A stretch of 64,000 bases of DNA from Lingula anatina (lineage: Eukaryota > Animalia > Brachiopoda), in contig CM120641.1 in NCBI GenBank assembly GCA_051362555.1, positions 14,632,001 to 14,696,000 of the forward strand, given 5' to 3'. The position numbers and the translations under genes are program-made. Numbering within the stretch: the first letter of the stretch is position 1; every line of letters starts with the position of its first letter. Of this stretch, positions 1 to 11,912 are shown one piece after another. The notes under the pieces were generated by a model that saw only the letters and a list, made by a program, of their open reading frames with translations, did no database searches and had not been told where the DNA came from.

Positions 1-135
1 ACAAAAATTAGATGAAATCATTTCTTTGCCAATAGAGAGATATCTTTGTATACAAACAAGCTGTGATTGAAATTATGAATTTAGTCTTAAAAAGCTTAAA
101 TGTGAACCCACCCACCATCTGCTACAGAAACTTAC

Positions 136-244
136 CTTGTACCTCCAAATAAAAACAGTCTATCTCCTACAACACAGCAACACTGCCGCCTCCTGGCACA
201 AGGTCCATCACCTATACACTTCACTAAGGACCAATGACAAGTAT
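136..244 (-). CDS. KLHDC3: KLHDC3 coding exon 7 (gene continues beyond window start)
   Basis: DTCHWSLVKCIGDGPCARRRQCCCVVGDRLFLFGGT, containing the RRRQCC motif of KLHDC3; tttcag acceptor, GTAAGT donor. Confidence 0.94.
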
Positions 245-2639
245 CTGAAACACAAAAAATGGTTGTTTACATAACAAAGCATCTCCTCACATTTCCCTCT
301 TGATCTGGCTGAGGCCAAGATCTGGCTGAGGCTCCAGTCCAATTTTTAAAAGGGTCTATTCCATTAATTTAAAAGGACATTCTCTACTGAATAAACCACA
401 TTACTGTGCCACCAGCGTGAGTGCTGGAGGTACACATGGTTTAAGTCCTGACCCGTTTCATCAAAAAAATTTCATCTGTCTTTATCGGAAATACAATACA
501 ATACAACTAGTTAAAAAAAAGCCTAGTCTTGACCCTCATTATGCTTCAAATAATGGGTTATAATCCAAGAATAAGTATTACTTCACATCCATTTATATAA
601 TTTTTTTAATACCCAAGTTAATGTCCTCTGTAATTTTCTTTAATCATGCCAAGCATTTATTTACCTAATAAAATATAGAAATAGCTAGAGCATATTTCAT
701 GTATGGAAAACATACGTTAACCATTTCTTAAATCACAAATACTTTGAAATCAAGCACTATACAGCATATTGTCCTCTTTTGCACTTTGCTGTTAGCTACA
801 ATGATTTATCAAAGTACCAGTGTCATACCTTGCTAAATATCAAAAATAATGAAAACCTGCCTCATGTTTTTACTATCTACTTAATGACCTCGGGCTCCCT
901 TTGAACCAGACATGATTTATGTAAAACTAGCTTAGAACCACCTTAACGATTACATACTATGGAAGACCTTGAAATGGCAACCTAAACTGAGGCAGAGCTT
1001 TTAAAAAAGTTCAAAATGAGCCAATTGGAGAAAAATGGATTCAAAATAAAAATTTCAACTTCAATATGCAAATGTTTGTGGATCCCTGACCAAATAAGTT
1101 CCTGCAATTGTGAACAAAGCTTCTTACTTGTGTACTATCAATTACCTCTTCAGGTGCACTTCCTATAAGCAAATCTTATCCTCAAGACTAATCTTCAATA
1201 AATCATCTCCAGTTGTCAAAGAAAAAAGCAGTCACACGTTGACCATATCAAGTACATCTATCTTACAACATGAAGGGATAAGAAGAGCATGTCTATTCTG
1301 TCTAAATTTTTATACCAAGGCTTTTGAGAAAAATTGGAGACCATGCTATCCTGCCTGTTTTTTCATGTATTTGTAATATGCATCATTTCCTCTGTGGCCA
1401 TTAAAGTGAGGAGTGCATAAACTTTGGGGGAACAACATACCTATTGTCAGGGATAGACATTGTGCACAGAATTTTGGTGTGCTGAGCTGCGTTGTCCCTG
1501 GGGGCTGGATGATTTTATTTTTTTAAATACATTTAATTTCTAGAATCTCCTCCTAGACCAAAAGAGTGAGGAGGTTGGAACCTATCAGCAAGATCTGCAT
1601 GGGCAGAAAAGGTAGAAAAGAAAACATGATCTGGTATTATTCAATTTTTGTATCAATTTTAGCAACCCAAAGGTCTTCTTTCAGTGGTTCTTATACATAC
1701 ACAAACAAACATACACACACACATGAAATAATGACACAGAACAACAGCATACTTCGAAGAATACACTTGCTTTAGGCCATCATTTCTTTTCTCATATCAA
1801 AGCTAAAAATATCTAAATAAGTTTGCTTACAACCAAAAACATCAGAAGGCATTTAGTAGGAGTTGGCACCATGTATGTTTCATTTTCTTGGAATCACATC
1901 ACCTCAAAGCATGGTAACTAAAGAAGTAGTCAGCCAACAGCAATCATCACTGATAGCCCAAAGTCTCATGATTAAGTGTAATATTGCACATATAATGACT
2001 TCGGCTGTGGTGCAGCTGAGGTCATTACAGAATAATGACCTCAGTAATCATTTTAAAACAAAATTTAAAACCTGAATATCAGTGTTCTTGAGAATAATAT
2101 CAGAAGCTGCAATACTGCTGTAATTTACCAAAGTGTTTGCTGTCTAACTGTTGACTAATGGAATATTTCTTCACCCTTAATGAAGGGAAACTAAAAAAGC
2201 ACTTATTTCTGACCAAACTCTCCAAAAAAAATCCTGCAAATTCTTATGCAAATTTCCGTGAAACTTGATCATCTTGAATGATAGCTGAAAAGACAGTAAT
2301 GCCAAGTCTTCAAGTCTCAATTTAGGTCATGTTTCCAAATGTAGAGTGCTTTAAACCCCCCAGCCAAAGGTGTCAGTGTGTCACAAGGAAAAAATCAATA
2401 ACTTTTGCAAAAAAATCCAATCTTGCTGATTTATGATCCCAACCTGCCTTTTTATCAAATAAATTTCCTTTGTAAAATGAAAGTAATACTAAAATACAGC
2501 ATGGTAATTTTGGGGTGAACGTCACCAAAATTAATGATGATCAGAATATATACAGAAACTGAACTGTACATAAAAATCTACAGCCATGTACTATATAGGA
2601 GTATCTTAGTGAAACTAAAAAAGATGAAAATACACTTAC

Positions 2640-2726
2640 CTGGATCAAACTTGTACAGATCACTAAAATGCTCATCTACCAAACCATTGTAACCACCAAA
2701 TAGATACAGCTTATTTTTATATACAA
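2640..2726 (-). CDS. KLHDC3: KLHDC3 coding exon 6
   Basis: FVYKNKLYLFGGYNGLVDEHFSDLYKFDP; ttcag acceptor, GTAAGT donor, phase 1-1. Confidence 0.93.
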
Positions 2727-3228
2727 CTGAAAGAAATAGAGAAGGAAAAAGTAAACAGCATTTTCATAGTGACAGACTGAGAAAGTCCAATATATTCCTT
2801 GGGTTTCTGCTTCACATGCAGCAGATTGAAATTTCTCAAATTTGAGTTAATGTGAAAAAATATGATATAATTTATGTATCATTTTGATTTTACCTCATGC
2901 ACAAACACCATACTGATTTTGGAAGGAAATGTCAAATTTGGTTATTTATCATCTGCAACAGTTTTTATAATGAAGAGAGAAACCCCCCATGTTAACGCTA
3001 ATCAAGTTATCTCTCATGCCATAAGTAAAAAAGAATTCCCTCATCATTTTGTGTTATACATGTATTAGGTTTTTTTTTTGCAATTAACCAGATACTACCT
3101 CTTTTCTGTTGAAAACAATCACTTACTGGTGAAAAAAAATACAAAAAGTTTCAGGATGAGATAGCTTGAAGTAAATTTTTTTTGTATGTAGACAATGCAC
3201 AGACTCATTCCCTATAACCTGAACTCAC

Positions 3229-3445
3229 ATGCTGAGTGACTCCTCCGTCCAGGTGAAGGAATGTCTCCTGTACAACTTGGCTCATACCATGTATTGTCTT
3301 GAGTATTAAATATTTGCATTTGATTACAATAGACTTCATTGTTTGTGTGATAGGGTCCTCCTCTATCTCCTCTGCCACCAAATATATACATAAAATGACC
3401 AATGCCAGTGGCTGAGTGGAAGTCTCGCCAGCGAGCTGGGGTACC
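3229..3445 (-). CDS. KLHDC3: KLHDC3 coding exon 5
   Basis: GTPARWRDFHSATGIGHFMYIFGGRGD...PGRRSHSA; ttcag acceptor, GTGAGT donor, phase 0-1. Confidence 0.95.
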
Positions 3446-3570
3446 CTGAAATATCAAAGATTTTATTAACCGTTCCCAGAGCTGAATCATAAAAAATTTG
3501 AAAAGTATACAAGGAAGAATTTTATTCAGAAATGAAAATCTCTTAAATGTGAATTTTCTTATACAGGTAA

Positions 3571-3755
3571 GTGCACATTGAGAAAAGCGTACTAACAGAT
3601 CCGAGGATCAAATATGGTAACCCACTAAAAAGCTTGTCGCTTAATTCCCGATTAGACACTGAATAGATTCCCTGTTGGGATTATACAACAAGCATGCAAG
3701 TGATTCAGACATATTTCATCTGTGGATCTGTTAGTCCACTGCTGTGAATGCGCTC
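3571..3755. mobile_element. Old degenerate MITE with termini related to the 21575 element
   Basis: Right end GTGAATGCGCTC; inverted ACTAACAGATCC / GGATCTGTTAGT; flanks TAA and TAG. Confidence 0.55.
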
Positions 3756-3987
3756 TAGGATTCTCAGTGCATCTTAATCATACTCAAAAATCCATAACTT
3801 AATTTTTAGCCTTTGAAAATCTCTTTTAAGTGAAAATTTTCTTTAAGGTTACAAAGTTAAAAAGGAGGGGAATCATAACTATCTGCAAGAACTCTCTGCA
3901 CAAAGCATGTGCACGCATCTTTAAACAAACAGCACATCCAGATCATCTGGTGTCGGTATCCTGTGAGTTATACCAACATGTACTTAC

Positions 3988-4059
3988 CCATGTGTGCAAC
4001 AGTGACCAGATAAATGTGGACAAGTCCAGGCAGTGAATATCATTTGAGAATCTGTAAAC
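3988..4059 (-). CDS. KLHDC3: KLHDC3 coding exon 4
   Basis: VYRFSNDIHCLDLSTFIWSLLHTW; tttgcag acceptor, GTAAGT donor, phase 0-0. Confidence 0.92.
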
Positions 4060-4432
4060 CTGCAAAAAGAAAAAAAAAAAAAATTTTTTTTTGGAAATTT
4101 AACCCACTTTTTCTTCAGCTAGCTAACTGAGAAAATGAGAAAATGCTTTTTATGATTACTTCCAAGAAAATGTTATATACCACACAGACAGCAAATTCAT
4201 CTCTTGAAAACACAATGCTCAAGACTATGGGACTAATGTCAGTATAAAGGAATATATATATTGGAGACACCTATTCAAGTGAATTGTCATTTTTCAGTTT
4301 TTAAAATTGTCACCAATTCAAAACGCAAAAGTGTATAATGTGTCAGTAATTGTTTCCCTTGTATTGCTTTCTATGTCAGTTATATGGATGAAATCTAAAG
4401 CGTAAAATGTACTGAAAAGTGGATGCTCAGAT

Positions 4433-4758
4433 TTAAAGGGACAACAACTATTCAATTTGGCAACAAAATGGATTTTTGGAGGGTACATGACAATTTTCCC
4501 ATACTTAACAATGGTTAAAGAACCTGTTCTTCCATTCAAAGTTAGTCTGTTTTTTTTTTTTTTTTTGTAGTAATCTCTTATTATAAATTAAGGGTGGCCG
4601 TCCATGGAAGTCACATGGTCCAATGGCAAACATGGATTCCAAAACAATCGCAATAACTGCTGTTTTGGTGGTAAAATAGAATTTATTATATTTCTATGAG
4701 TTGTTTTCAATGTATTTATTGTGAAACATGGATCTCATATGGAAAGTTATCCCTTTAA
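4433..4758. mobile_element. TTAA-flanked Kolobok-like MITE, copy 1 (KLHDC3 intron)
   Basis: TTAA-AGGGACAACAACT ... AGTTATCCCT-TTAA termini; body is the reverse complement of the copies at 21323 and 50395. Confidence 0.8.
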
Positions 4759-4857
4759 TATCTCATACAAAAAAAAATGTGCATTCCAAACCATTTATTA
4801 ATTTAATTTGGCATGATAACATTATTCATATAGCAACGGGACATAAAACATTTATAC

Positions 4858-4973
4858 CTCCTCTTCATAACCTCCAAAAATGTACATTCTATTTCCTATG
4901 ACACAGGCAGCATGGCCATCTCTAGCTCCTGGGGTCTCTCCTCCGGTTTTGGGTTTTGACCACTTTCCAGTAC
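4858..4973 (-). CDS. KLHDC3: KLHDC3 coding exon 3
   Basis: Hand translation TGKWSKPKTGGETPGARDGHAACVIGNRMYIFGGYEEE (kelch repeat); AG/GT bounded, phase 1-0. Confidence 0.93.
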
Positions 4974-5524
4974 CTTAAATAATCATATACTTAATGTGTT
5001 ATACATCCCATGCATGATATCATAATAAGCTTTGGGTTTCAAATCATATCATTTCTTTAAAAATATATTGTTGGTGCCTCAAAAACCTATTTGATATGTA
5101 TGACCTTTGAAACACAAAAAAAAAAAACTGTTCTTTCCAATGGGAAAAATAGTGAATTTTATAGATACTGTATTTTTAAGTCATAAATTCTTTAAATTAA
5201 AACATGCACATTGAATAATTGCAACAAAATGGAAAAGCAGGCTACCTTGTAGTTTTCTTCTATGCGGTAAATGCACCAAAAAGCTATATAGAATATAATT
5301 TTTGATGATTCCAAAATTATGGATCGGAAAAATTGATAATTTTTCCCCATTGAAAAACTTGAGTCATTACTAAAACATCTTTTGTCAAAGTAGAGTTACT
5401 ATTGCTAAAAACTATCAAGTGATTGAAAACCCCAGACAAAGCTGACAAAAAATGAATCTTTATTATCTACAGGTGAAACTATGCATTTGATTAAAATTGC
5501 TAAATGACAGTTAAAATGTCTTAC

Positions 5525-5698
5525 TTGGGTCATAGCAATAAAGTATATTGCAAGCTCCATCACTATCATTTCTTCCTCCCCAAAGATAGGCGCAGTCATT
5601 GAATGCCACTGCCGTATGCCCGTATCTCTGGTAGGGAGTGATTTTACTCTGAGGATCATCTGGTCTTGGCAAGGGCAACTTTTTCCATTGATAAGCAA
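5525..5698 (-). CDS. KLHDC3: KLHDC3 coding exon 2
   Basis: AYQWKKLP...PYQRYGHTAVAFNDCAYLWGGRNDSDGACNILYCYDP; tttag acceptor, GTAAGA donor, phase 1-1. Confidence 0.95.
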
Positions 5699-6103
5699 CT
5701 AAAGAAAAAAAAAAGATTTGAGCTGTACATTCATACATACCATGTTTGAATGATTAAGTCTAAACATTTATGAATCTGACTCATTGTTTGTAACATTACC
5801 ATTCCATGACAAACACAATCTTGTTGTGGCTTGTTACATGTAGTTAACTCTTTAATCAATTCCTTATATGTGAAAAGCACACTATGTAAGAGAAATGCAC
5901 CATTCAGTAATGATGCACAATGTAAGTGAAATTAACAGACCAATCACGCTTCAATCATGATAACATCTGTCTGTGATAAACCCAGTGATAGAAACAAAAA
6001 GATACTGATCCAAGAAAGAAGGCAAATTTCTTTTATGCAAGTCATATTGTGTTACCTGACGATGTACACTGAAATAGTTTTTTTAATTTATTCTTGTCAC
6101 AGA

Positions 6104-6104
<1 letters not shown>

Positions 6105-6188
<84 letters not shown>
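6105..6188. repeat. Poly-A plus (AT)n microsatellite
   Basis: Direct reading; similar (AT)n tracts at ~19557-19617 and ~29367-29410. Confidence 0.95.
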
Positions 6189-6190
<2 letters not shown>

Positions 6191-6210
6191 TTGAAAAAAA
6201 ATACACTTAC

Positions 6211-6364
6211 CAGTATTTAAGACATGTATGTCCATAGGCCTGCGGGTCTCATAGTCCTCCCCTGTGCAGTAGCCACCAAAAGAGTAGATCTCATCTTTGA
6301 GATTAACTGCAGCATGGTTGACTCTACGTGGTCCACCTTCAAGATGAACAGTCCACCATGGCAT
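6211..6364 (-). CDS. KLHDC3: Kelch domain-containing protein 3, coding exon 1 (ATG at 6364)
   Basis: MPWWTVHLEGGPRRVNHAAV...YSFGGYCTGEDYETRRPMDIHVLNT matches the characteristic KLHDC3 N-terminus; G|GTAAGT donor, phase 1. Confidence 0.95.
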
Positions 6365-7372
6365 ACTGGACACTCCTTAAACTGATAGTTAATACTGTGA
6401 AGTAGGTTTATTCATAATCTCCGGTGAAACTGATGGTAAAAAAGTAAATCATTTCTAATGAGATTAAAATTTTCACATACAGTTATTGATCTACAGATAT
6501 TATGCTTTCTGTAGTTGCAATCTGATTCTATAACTGGAATCATACAGTTCTAAGTATAGTTTCACATGACACCACATGCACTGATTAATAATTGTCTGCT
6601 TATGAAGTTATGTATATTCTTCGATCTTTACCACACCCATTAATAGTTTGCAAAATATCTTTCTATGGACTATGGTACAATAACTTTTCATAGACTATGG
6701 TACAATATGGTACAAATACACACACAGGAGTCCATACAGATTGTCATAATGTTTTTTTTGGTCTCAAAAGAACTCTTTTATCCATTTCTCCCCTCTTCTC
6801 CTTTATTCATTATATCCGTAGGATAAGAAATATATATATATATCTAGGATTTTGCTGTCAGTTGATGCAAGTTTCATTTTTGGTAACATCAGCACTTGAT
6901 TTATTGGGTTTCCTGAATCCTGGCGTTCATGCAGGTAAAACACCTAACTTTACCCAGTGTGGGATATCTCTGTAATTTGATACAGAACTTCACCTTGACT
7001 GCAGCAAAGAGGGGTTTACTGTAGTACTGGTTCTCACTTCAAAGCTGTTTGAAGGGGCGTCAATTGTTGTCATTGCTTAAATCTACCTTAATCAGGTTGC
7101 AATGAAGGGAAAGGCCACCTATCGGGAGCTTGTATATTCAGCATTCAAACTTGACTTTTTCAAGGTTATGCTAAATCTGGTGACAAATGATATCGAGGGT
7201 AACACTAACAGTTACAACTTACTAGCAGACCGTTGCATCTCGTTCATAGAAGCATTGACCTCTCTGTATATGATAAGTGCTTGAAACATCAAATTCAACA
7301 TACCTTTTGTGTCTTATGCAGTATTCCTTGCAGTTTCACGACACGATATATTTATACCTAGATTTTTTTTAC

Positions 7373-7621
7373 CTGCTCTCCATAAAGAACAGCTGATGGA
7401 CACTGCGTCATTTAATTTTGCTCCCAAGATAGGATAGCTTCAAATTAAGACATGATAGATTTTAATTTGAAAGTGACCAGCATTTTTCTTAGCAATGAAG
7501 GTTACACTCATTTCAGATCAAAACATTTCATAGTATGAGAATATTTTGTGATAAATAATGTGGGTTCGAAGTGTCATCTTGGACAGTGCGCCACCTATGT
7601 TACTTGGAACAACTTATAAAC
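7373..7621. promoter_or_regulatory. Probable bidirectional promoter and KLHDC3 non-coding first exon
   Basis: Lies between divergent KLHDC3 and WDR74; minus-strand donor GCAG|GTAAAA at 7373 pairs with a tcacag acceptor at 6394 upstream of the KLHDC3 ATG; local CpG retention; CTCF-like GCGCCACCTATGT at 7588-7600. Confidence 0.6.
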
Positions 7622-7676
7622 ATGGCAGCGCCGTGGCACAACGTGTTTCTTGGTACAGAAACTGGGTTCTTAAAAG
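7622..7676 (+). CDS. WDR74: WD repeat-containing protein 74 (Nsa1, 60S biogenesis), exon 1
   Basis: MAAPWHNVFLGTETGFLKG matches the WDR74 N-terminal GTETG-LKG motif; G|GTAAAC donor. Confidence 0.93.
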
Positions 7677-7969
7677 GTAAACAAATTAATAGCTTGCAAT
7701 AATGATTTGAGCTCAATGGGCCCAACATTGTATACTTTTCAATATTCCCCCACTGTCATAAACCTTTGTTTCTCAATATTTTTCTAGCTTTGCAGTGATT
7801 TTGTTCAACAGGAGTTCATGTTTAGTGATTGAGTGCCTACTCAACGTCACACATGCTTGCTGCAATACACCCCCCTCACAAATACACACACACACACATA
7901 CACACACACACACACATCAAATGACTCCTTAGCCTGGCTGAGAGAGCGATTTCAGGAGTGACAGATCAG

Positions 7970-8313
7970 TACAATGTAGGAAGTGTAACATTGAGTGGGC
8001 ACAGCATTTTTATCTATGGGGGTATCTCAATGATAATGTGCCAGAACAACCAGTAAACAATTAATGAACTGAAGGTGGCAACCACATCAAAAATCAGGAA
8101 ATGTGTTCAATTAATTGACAATTTTTCACAATGTACCTCCTTTGCAAGTATGCCTCCAATACTGCATAAGCCATTTGAAACATTTTATAAAGAACATAAC
8201 TTTTATGCAGAGTGACCAAGATAACTGAAAATTTGGGGAGTTATGTTCTAAAATGGAAGTCCAGCAAATTTCTTTCTTGATGGGTTCTGTTGTTTTGGTG
8301 ATCACCCTGTGTA
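7970..8313. mobile_element. Possible Tc1/mariner MITE remnant in WDR74 intron 1
   Basis: Ends TTTTGGTGATCACCCTGT, a mariner-type terminus; matching left TIR not recognisable. Confidence 0.3.
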
Positions 8314-8493
8314 TGTGCTTGCATTGTTGTCTGCCTGTGCTACTTCTAATTCTTATGTATATTTAGGTAACAATACACACAGAGTTTGCATTATCATATA
8401 TCCTCTCTGACTCTTAAATGCTCAAAGTCAGTGATAACAAATCTAAAAAACTGATTTGAATATTCTAATAAAATATGTTATTTTGCTCTGTAG

Positions 8494-8600
8494 GTGTAAA
8501 CATTGAGAAGAAAATTTTTAAGAATTTAAATGAATCATCTGGAGTTGACAAAAATAAAGAGATCCTAGCAATGTGTTGGTGCAGTGATAAAGAAGACAAG
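8494..8600 (+). CDS. WDR74: WDR74 exon 2
   Basis: VNIEKKIFKNLNESSGVDKNKEILAMCWCSDKEDK; AG/GT, phase 1-0. Confidence 0.88.
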
Positions 8601-8814
8601 GTAGAGACATCAGAAAAATGTTAATACTCAATGGAATAAATTATCATTTTTAAATATTATATTTTTTATGTGTAAAAAATTTTTAATTTATTTCTCAATG
8701 ATATATATTTGAATTGTTTTAATGGTCATTTCTATGTTTAGCTGTTTTTTTTAAGGTGTTACAGAGACTTGAAAATTTTCTGGATAAATCAATTAATAAC
8801 TTTTCATCTTCTAG

Positions 8815-8936
8815 ATAAGCCTTGGTTTAAAGAACAGACAAGTCCAGACATTAAGCACAATAGACTATGGTTATGTAGGTTCCTTTGAATGTTCAGGAGG
8901 GACTGGGAACATCAAGGGGATGGCCATAAATGATGA
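8815..8936 (+). CDS. WDR74: WDR74 exon 3
   Basis: ISLGLKNRQVQTLS...GTGNIKGMAIND; AG/GT, phase 0-2. Confidence 0.87.
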
Positions 8937-9184
8937 GTATGTTATAGGATAACAGTCATATTAATATTTTTAATACTTGATTTGTTTAAGACTTTTGTGT
9001 ATTTTTGACATGATAAATAAGCTATCAGTAAGTGTGTGTTTTAATTGGTGATTTAAAAATGTTATCAGGAAAACTATGAATTAGTATGAGAGCTACAGGT
9101 ATTTCTTTCCATATCATGTAGAGAATTTAAAACTCTATCTTGATTTATTTATTAGACTATGTTTCTGCTATTTTTTTGATTTAG

Positions 9185-9248
9185 CTCCATTGTCACTTGT
9201 GTTGAATCAGGCCTAGTATCTGTTTGGACTACTGAAGGTAAAGAAAAG
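9185..9248 (+). CDS. WDR74: WDR74 exon 4
   Basis: SIVTCVESGLVSVWTTEGKEK (conserved TCVxSG); phase 2-0. Confidence 0.88.
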
Positions 9249-9545
9249 GTCAGTGGAAAAATGTTACCATAATTTATTGATATTATAAATGTTAATATCA
9301 TGAATATAATGCCAAAAACTACGGTACCACAAAGAACTGTGATATGGGAGAATCATTTTGTACCCAATATAAAAAATGTGGTTTGAAGTTATTGTGAGAT
9401 GCTATATTCAACAGAGGAGTAATTTGAAAACTTGTATGCTGAATACAACCATAAAATGATCTTTTCCAATTTACTCTTGTAAAAAGTTTATTTGTAATTT
9501 GCAGAGCACCCCCTCCTACATTTTGCTATTCTTCATCTTTGCTAG

Positions 9546-9689
9546 GCCACACTTAATGCAGGAGACAAGATAGACATTATGAGAAACAATCCTCAGTCCC
9601 CCTGGTTAGTAGCCACAGGGGGTAACGAAAATGACCTGAAGGTGTGGGACCTGCAAAACCCAGGAGAGGCTTTATTCAAAGCAAAAAAT
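9546..9689 (+). CDS. WDR74: WDR74 exon 5
   Basis: ...VATGGNENDLKVWDLQNPGEALFKAKN; phase 0-0. Confidence 0.94.
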
Positions 9690-9940
9690 GTATGTTTTAA
9701 AATGTAAATGATTTTAAAAGACAAAACTATATCTAGTCACAAAGGTGGGCATGTGTAGCATTGTAAAAGAATGCTATAAGGATATTTAATTTCTATGTTT
9801 ATAACCTGTCTGCTGTTTGAATAATTTGTATGATGTTGTCATGATTAATATTTTTGCATTATGGTCAGTTTAGTAAGAAAAAACATCTTTCCAGAATTGC
9901 TTTTTTTCCACAATGTAATGAAAAGTAATTTTCTTGCTAG

Positions 9941-10042
9941 GTGAAGAATGACTGGCTGAATCTCCGGGTTCCAGTGTGGGTATCAGACCTGCAATTTATA
10001 CCTGACAGTAAGAAGATTGTGACATGCACCCGTCACAAGCAG
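9941..10042 (+). CDS. WDR74: WDR74 exon 6
   Basis: VKNDWLNLRVPVWVSDLQFIPDSKKIVTCTRHKQ, a hallmark Nsa1/WDR74 motif; phase 0-0. Confidence 0.95.
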
Positions 10043-10056
10043 GTAAAGCACAACAG

Positions 10057-10271
10057 GTGTCTCTGTTAAAAGTTTTCAGTGTTGCAGCATTTGCATGGGG
10101 AAACAGCAATCTAACTTGGGACTCACTGGCGATGGCTGATAAAGTGGCGATAGATCACTTCAATACTAGTGTCTCTGTTAAATGTTTTCAGTGCTGCAGC
10201 ATTTGCACTGTCGAAACAGCAGTCAAACTTGGGGACCATCTGATAACAATAGTGATAGATCACTTCAAAAC
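10057..10271 (+). repeat. Two-copy ~110-bp tandem duplication in WDR74 intron 6
   Basis: GTGTCTCTGTTAAA...GCAGCATTTGCA...GATAGATCACTTCAA occurs twice. Confidence 0.85.
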
Positions 10272-10484
10272 AAATTCTAAAATTAAAAAAAATTTTCACT
10301 TGTGAACACAACTGACAACAAGGTACTTCAATTTTATTTGATTAGCATTTCACAAAATTTTACATGTATCCTTTCAGCTTTATTTGCTGACAGATTTAAA
10401 AGATATGACAGTTGTTCTTCTAAGGAGTCGAAGTACTTATAGCTAGTTTGTCTCGCATTATTTATTGCATTAATCATATTCCAG

Positions 10485-10585
10485 GTCAGGCTGTATGACC
10501 ATAGCTGCTCCCAGAGGAGGCCACTTATAAACATAGACTTTGGCGAGGATCCTCTCACTGCCGTAGCTGTGACACATAACGAGAA
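10485..10585 (+). CDS. WDR74: WDR74 exon 7
   Basis: VRLYDHSCSQRRPLINIDFGEDPLTAVAVTHNE; phase 0-2. Confidence 0.93.
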
Positions 10586-10997
10586 GTAAATTATATTCCC
10601 TTGTATTTGTAGAAATTGTCCGAAGTCTTAATTCTTATTTCATGATTAAAAATCAAGTTGAGTTGCTTATTATTATTATTTGTTGTTGCAGTGCTAATAT
10701 ATGAATTTGTTTTCCTTCCTTTTTAAATTTTTTTAATTGTAAGTATTGGCTGATTAGGGCCTTATGTATTTTCTTTTTCTCTCCCCCTCCTTCCCTCCAG
10801 TAGATTAAAAATGCTTTAAGGCAGTATAAAGTACCTCTGTGGAGCTCAGATCAGGTTTATCTCTCTTTGTAGGGGTTGGACACTGAATCTGCCATTTTGT
10901 TTTGGAAAAGGGAGATGTAGCTACCCTTGCTCCCTCAATCTTGTATCTGACCTTGAAATGGGATTGCACAGCATTCTTTATTTTTGCTTCTTTTCAG

Positions 10998-11053
10998 TCA
11001 AGTACTTGTGGGTAGTTCAACTGGGACAATGGCTCTTGTAGACTTCAGAAAAG
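10998..11053 (+). CDS. WDR74: WDR74 exon 8
   Basis: QVLVGSSTGTMALVDFRK; phase 2-1. Confidence 0.91.
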
Positions 11054-11323
11054 GTAATGGAAGGACAACTGAACTTTTATCAATTGTACCAAGTCCATTA
11101 TGTCACTAATGCTGTCTGTCTTTAAACAGTTAAAACAAATGTGTTTTTTTTTTTTGAATAATTGAAATGCAGTTGTGGAAATAGGAAAACTTAAAAAATT
11201 GAATATTGCTGTCAAGACTGTATATATTTATTTTTTGTCTTATTTTGGTGATAAGTGATACAATGCATGCACAGCTTGTCAATAAAAGGTGTCATATTTT
11301 TCTAGAATGTGTACTGTTTTCAG

Positions 11324-11466
11324 GGCGCATGGTGCAATGCTATAAAGGATTTGCTGGTGGAATTCGCTGTATTCAGTGTCATCCTACACTACCCTTAGTA
11401 GCATCTTGTGGTTTAGACAGACATCTTCGGATTCATGACACAAATACGAAAGAACTTCTACACAAA
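11324..11466 (+). CDS. WDR74: WDR74 exon 9
   Basis: GRMVQCYKGFAGGIRCIQCHPTLPLVASCGLDRHLRIHD...LLHK; phase 1-0. Confidence 0.95.
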
Positions 11467-11651
11467 GTAAGTAGAATTGAAATAACTTAGCTTTCAAAAC
11501 ATATTGCTTACTCATTAACCATCAGTATCAAAGAAGAATTGGGATCAAACAAACTGTACATCACAATTTGCTTTTAAAGATATCATTGCATTGTGTGAAT
11601 TTAAGTTGCCAGCAGTTCCAAAGGAAAATGTTATCATTCCTTTTTTTGCAG

Positions 11652-11912
11652 GTTTACCTAAAGTCCAGGTTAAACTGTCTGTTATTGAGAACAGAATGGA
11701 CACAGGAAGATGAGAAAAATACACTGGACAGTTGTAGTGATGTTAAGAAAAACAATAAAACTGATAACAGTAGAAGTGACAGTAATGATGGTGAAAGTGA
11801 TGGTGATTCTGATGATGATGATGATGGTTTATGGAATAAGCTAGAAAAAGTTGGACATAAAAGGACAGGTAGACAAGAAAATCCCCAGATTAAAAGGAAA
11901 AAGAAAACATGA
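11652..11912 (+). CDS. WDR74: WDR74 exon 10 (stop)
   Basis: VYLKSRLNCLLL, acidic tract, LW, basic tail; the ten exons sum to 1155 nt = 384 aa + stop, the expected size. Confidence 0.94.
   Translation, partial: VYLKSRLNCLLLRTEWTQEDEKNTLDSCSDVKKNNKTDNSRSDSNDGESDGDSDDDDDGLWNKLEKVGHKRTGRQENPQIKRKKKT

Noticed and set aside
5957-6220. Poly-K/YI ORFs here and at 19507, 29276 and 31438-31773
   Set aside because: Products of microsatellites and homopolymers
6400-7620. U2 snRNA gene next to WDR74, as in mammals
   Set aside because: No U2 signature (ATCGCTTCTCGGCCTTTTGG / GTGTAGTA) seen on either strand
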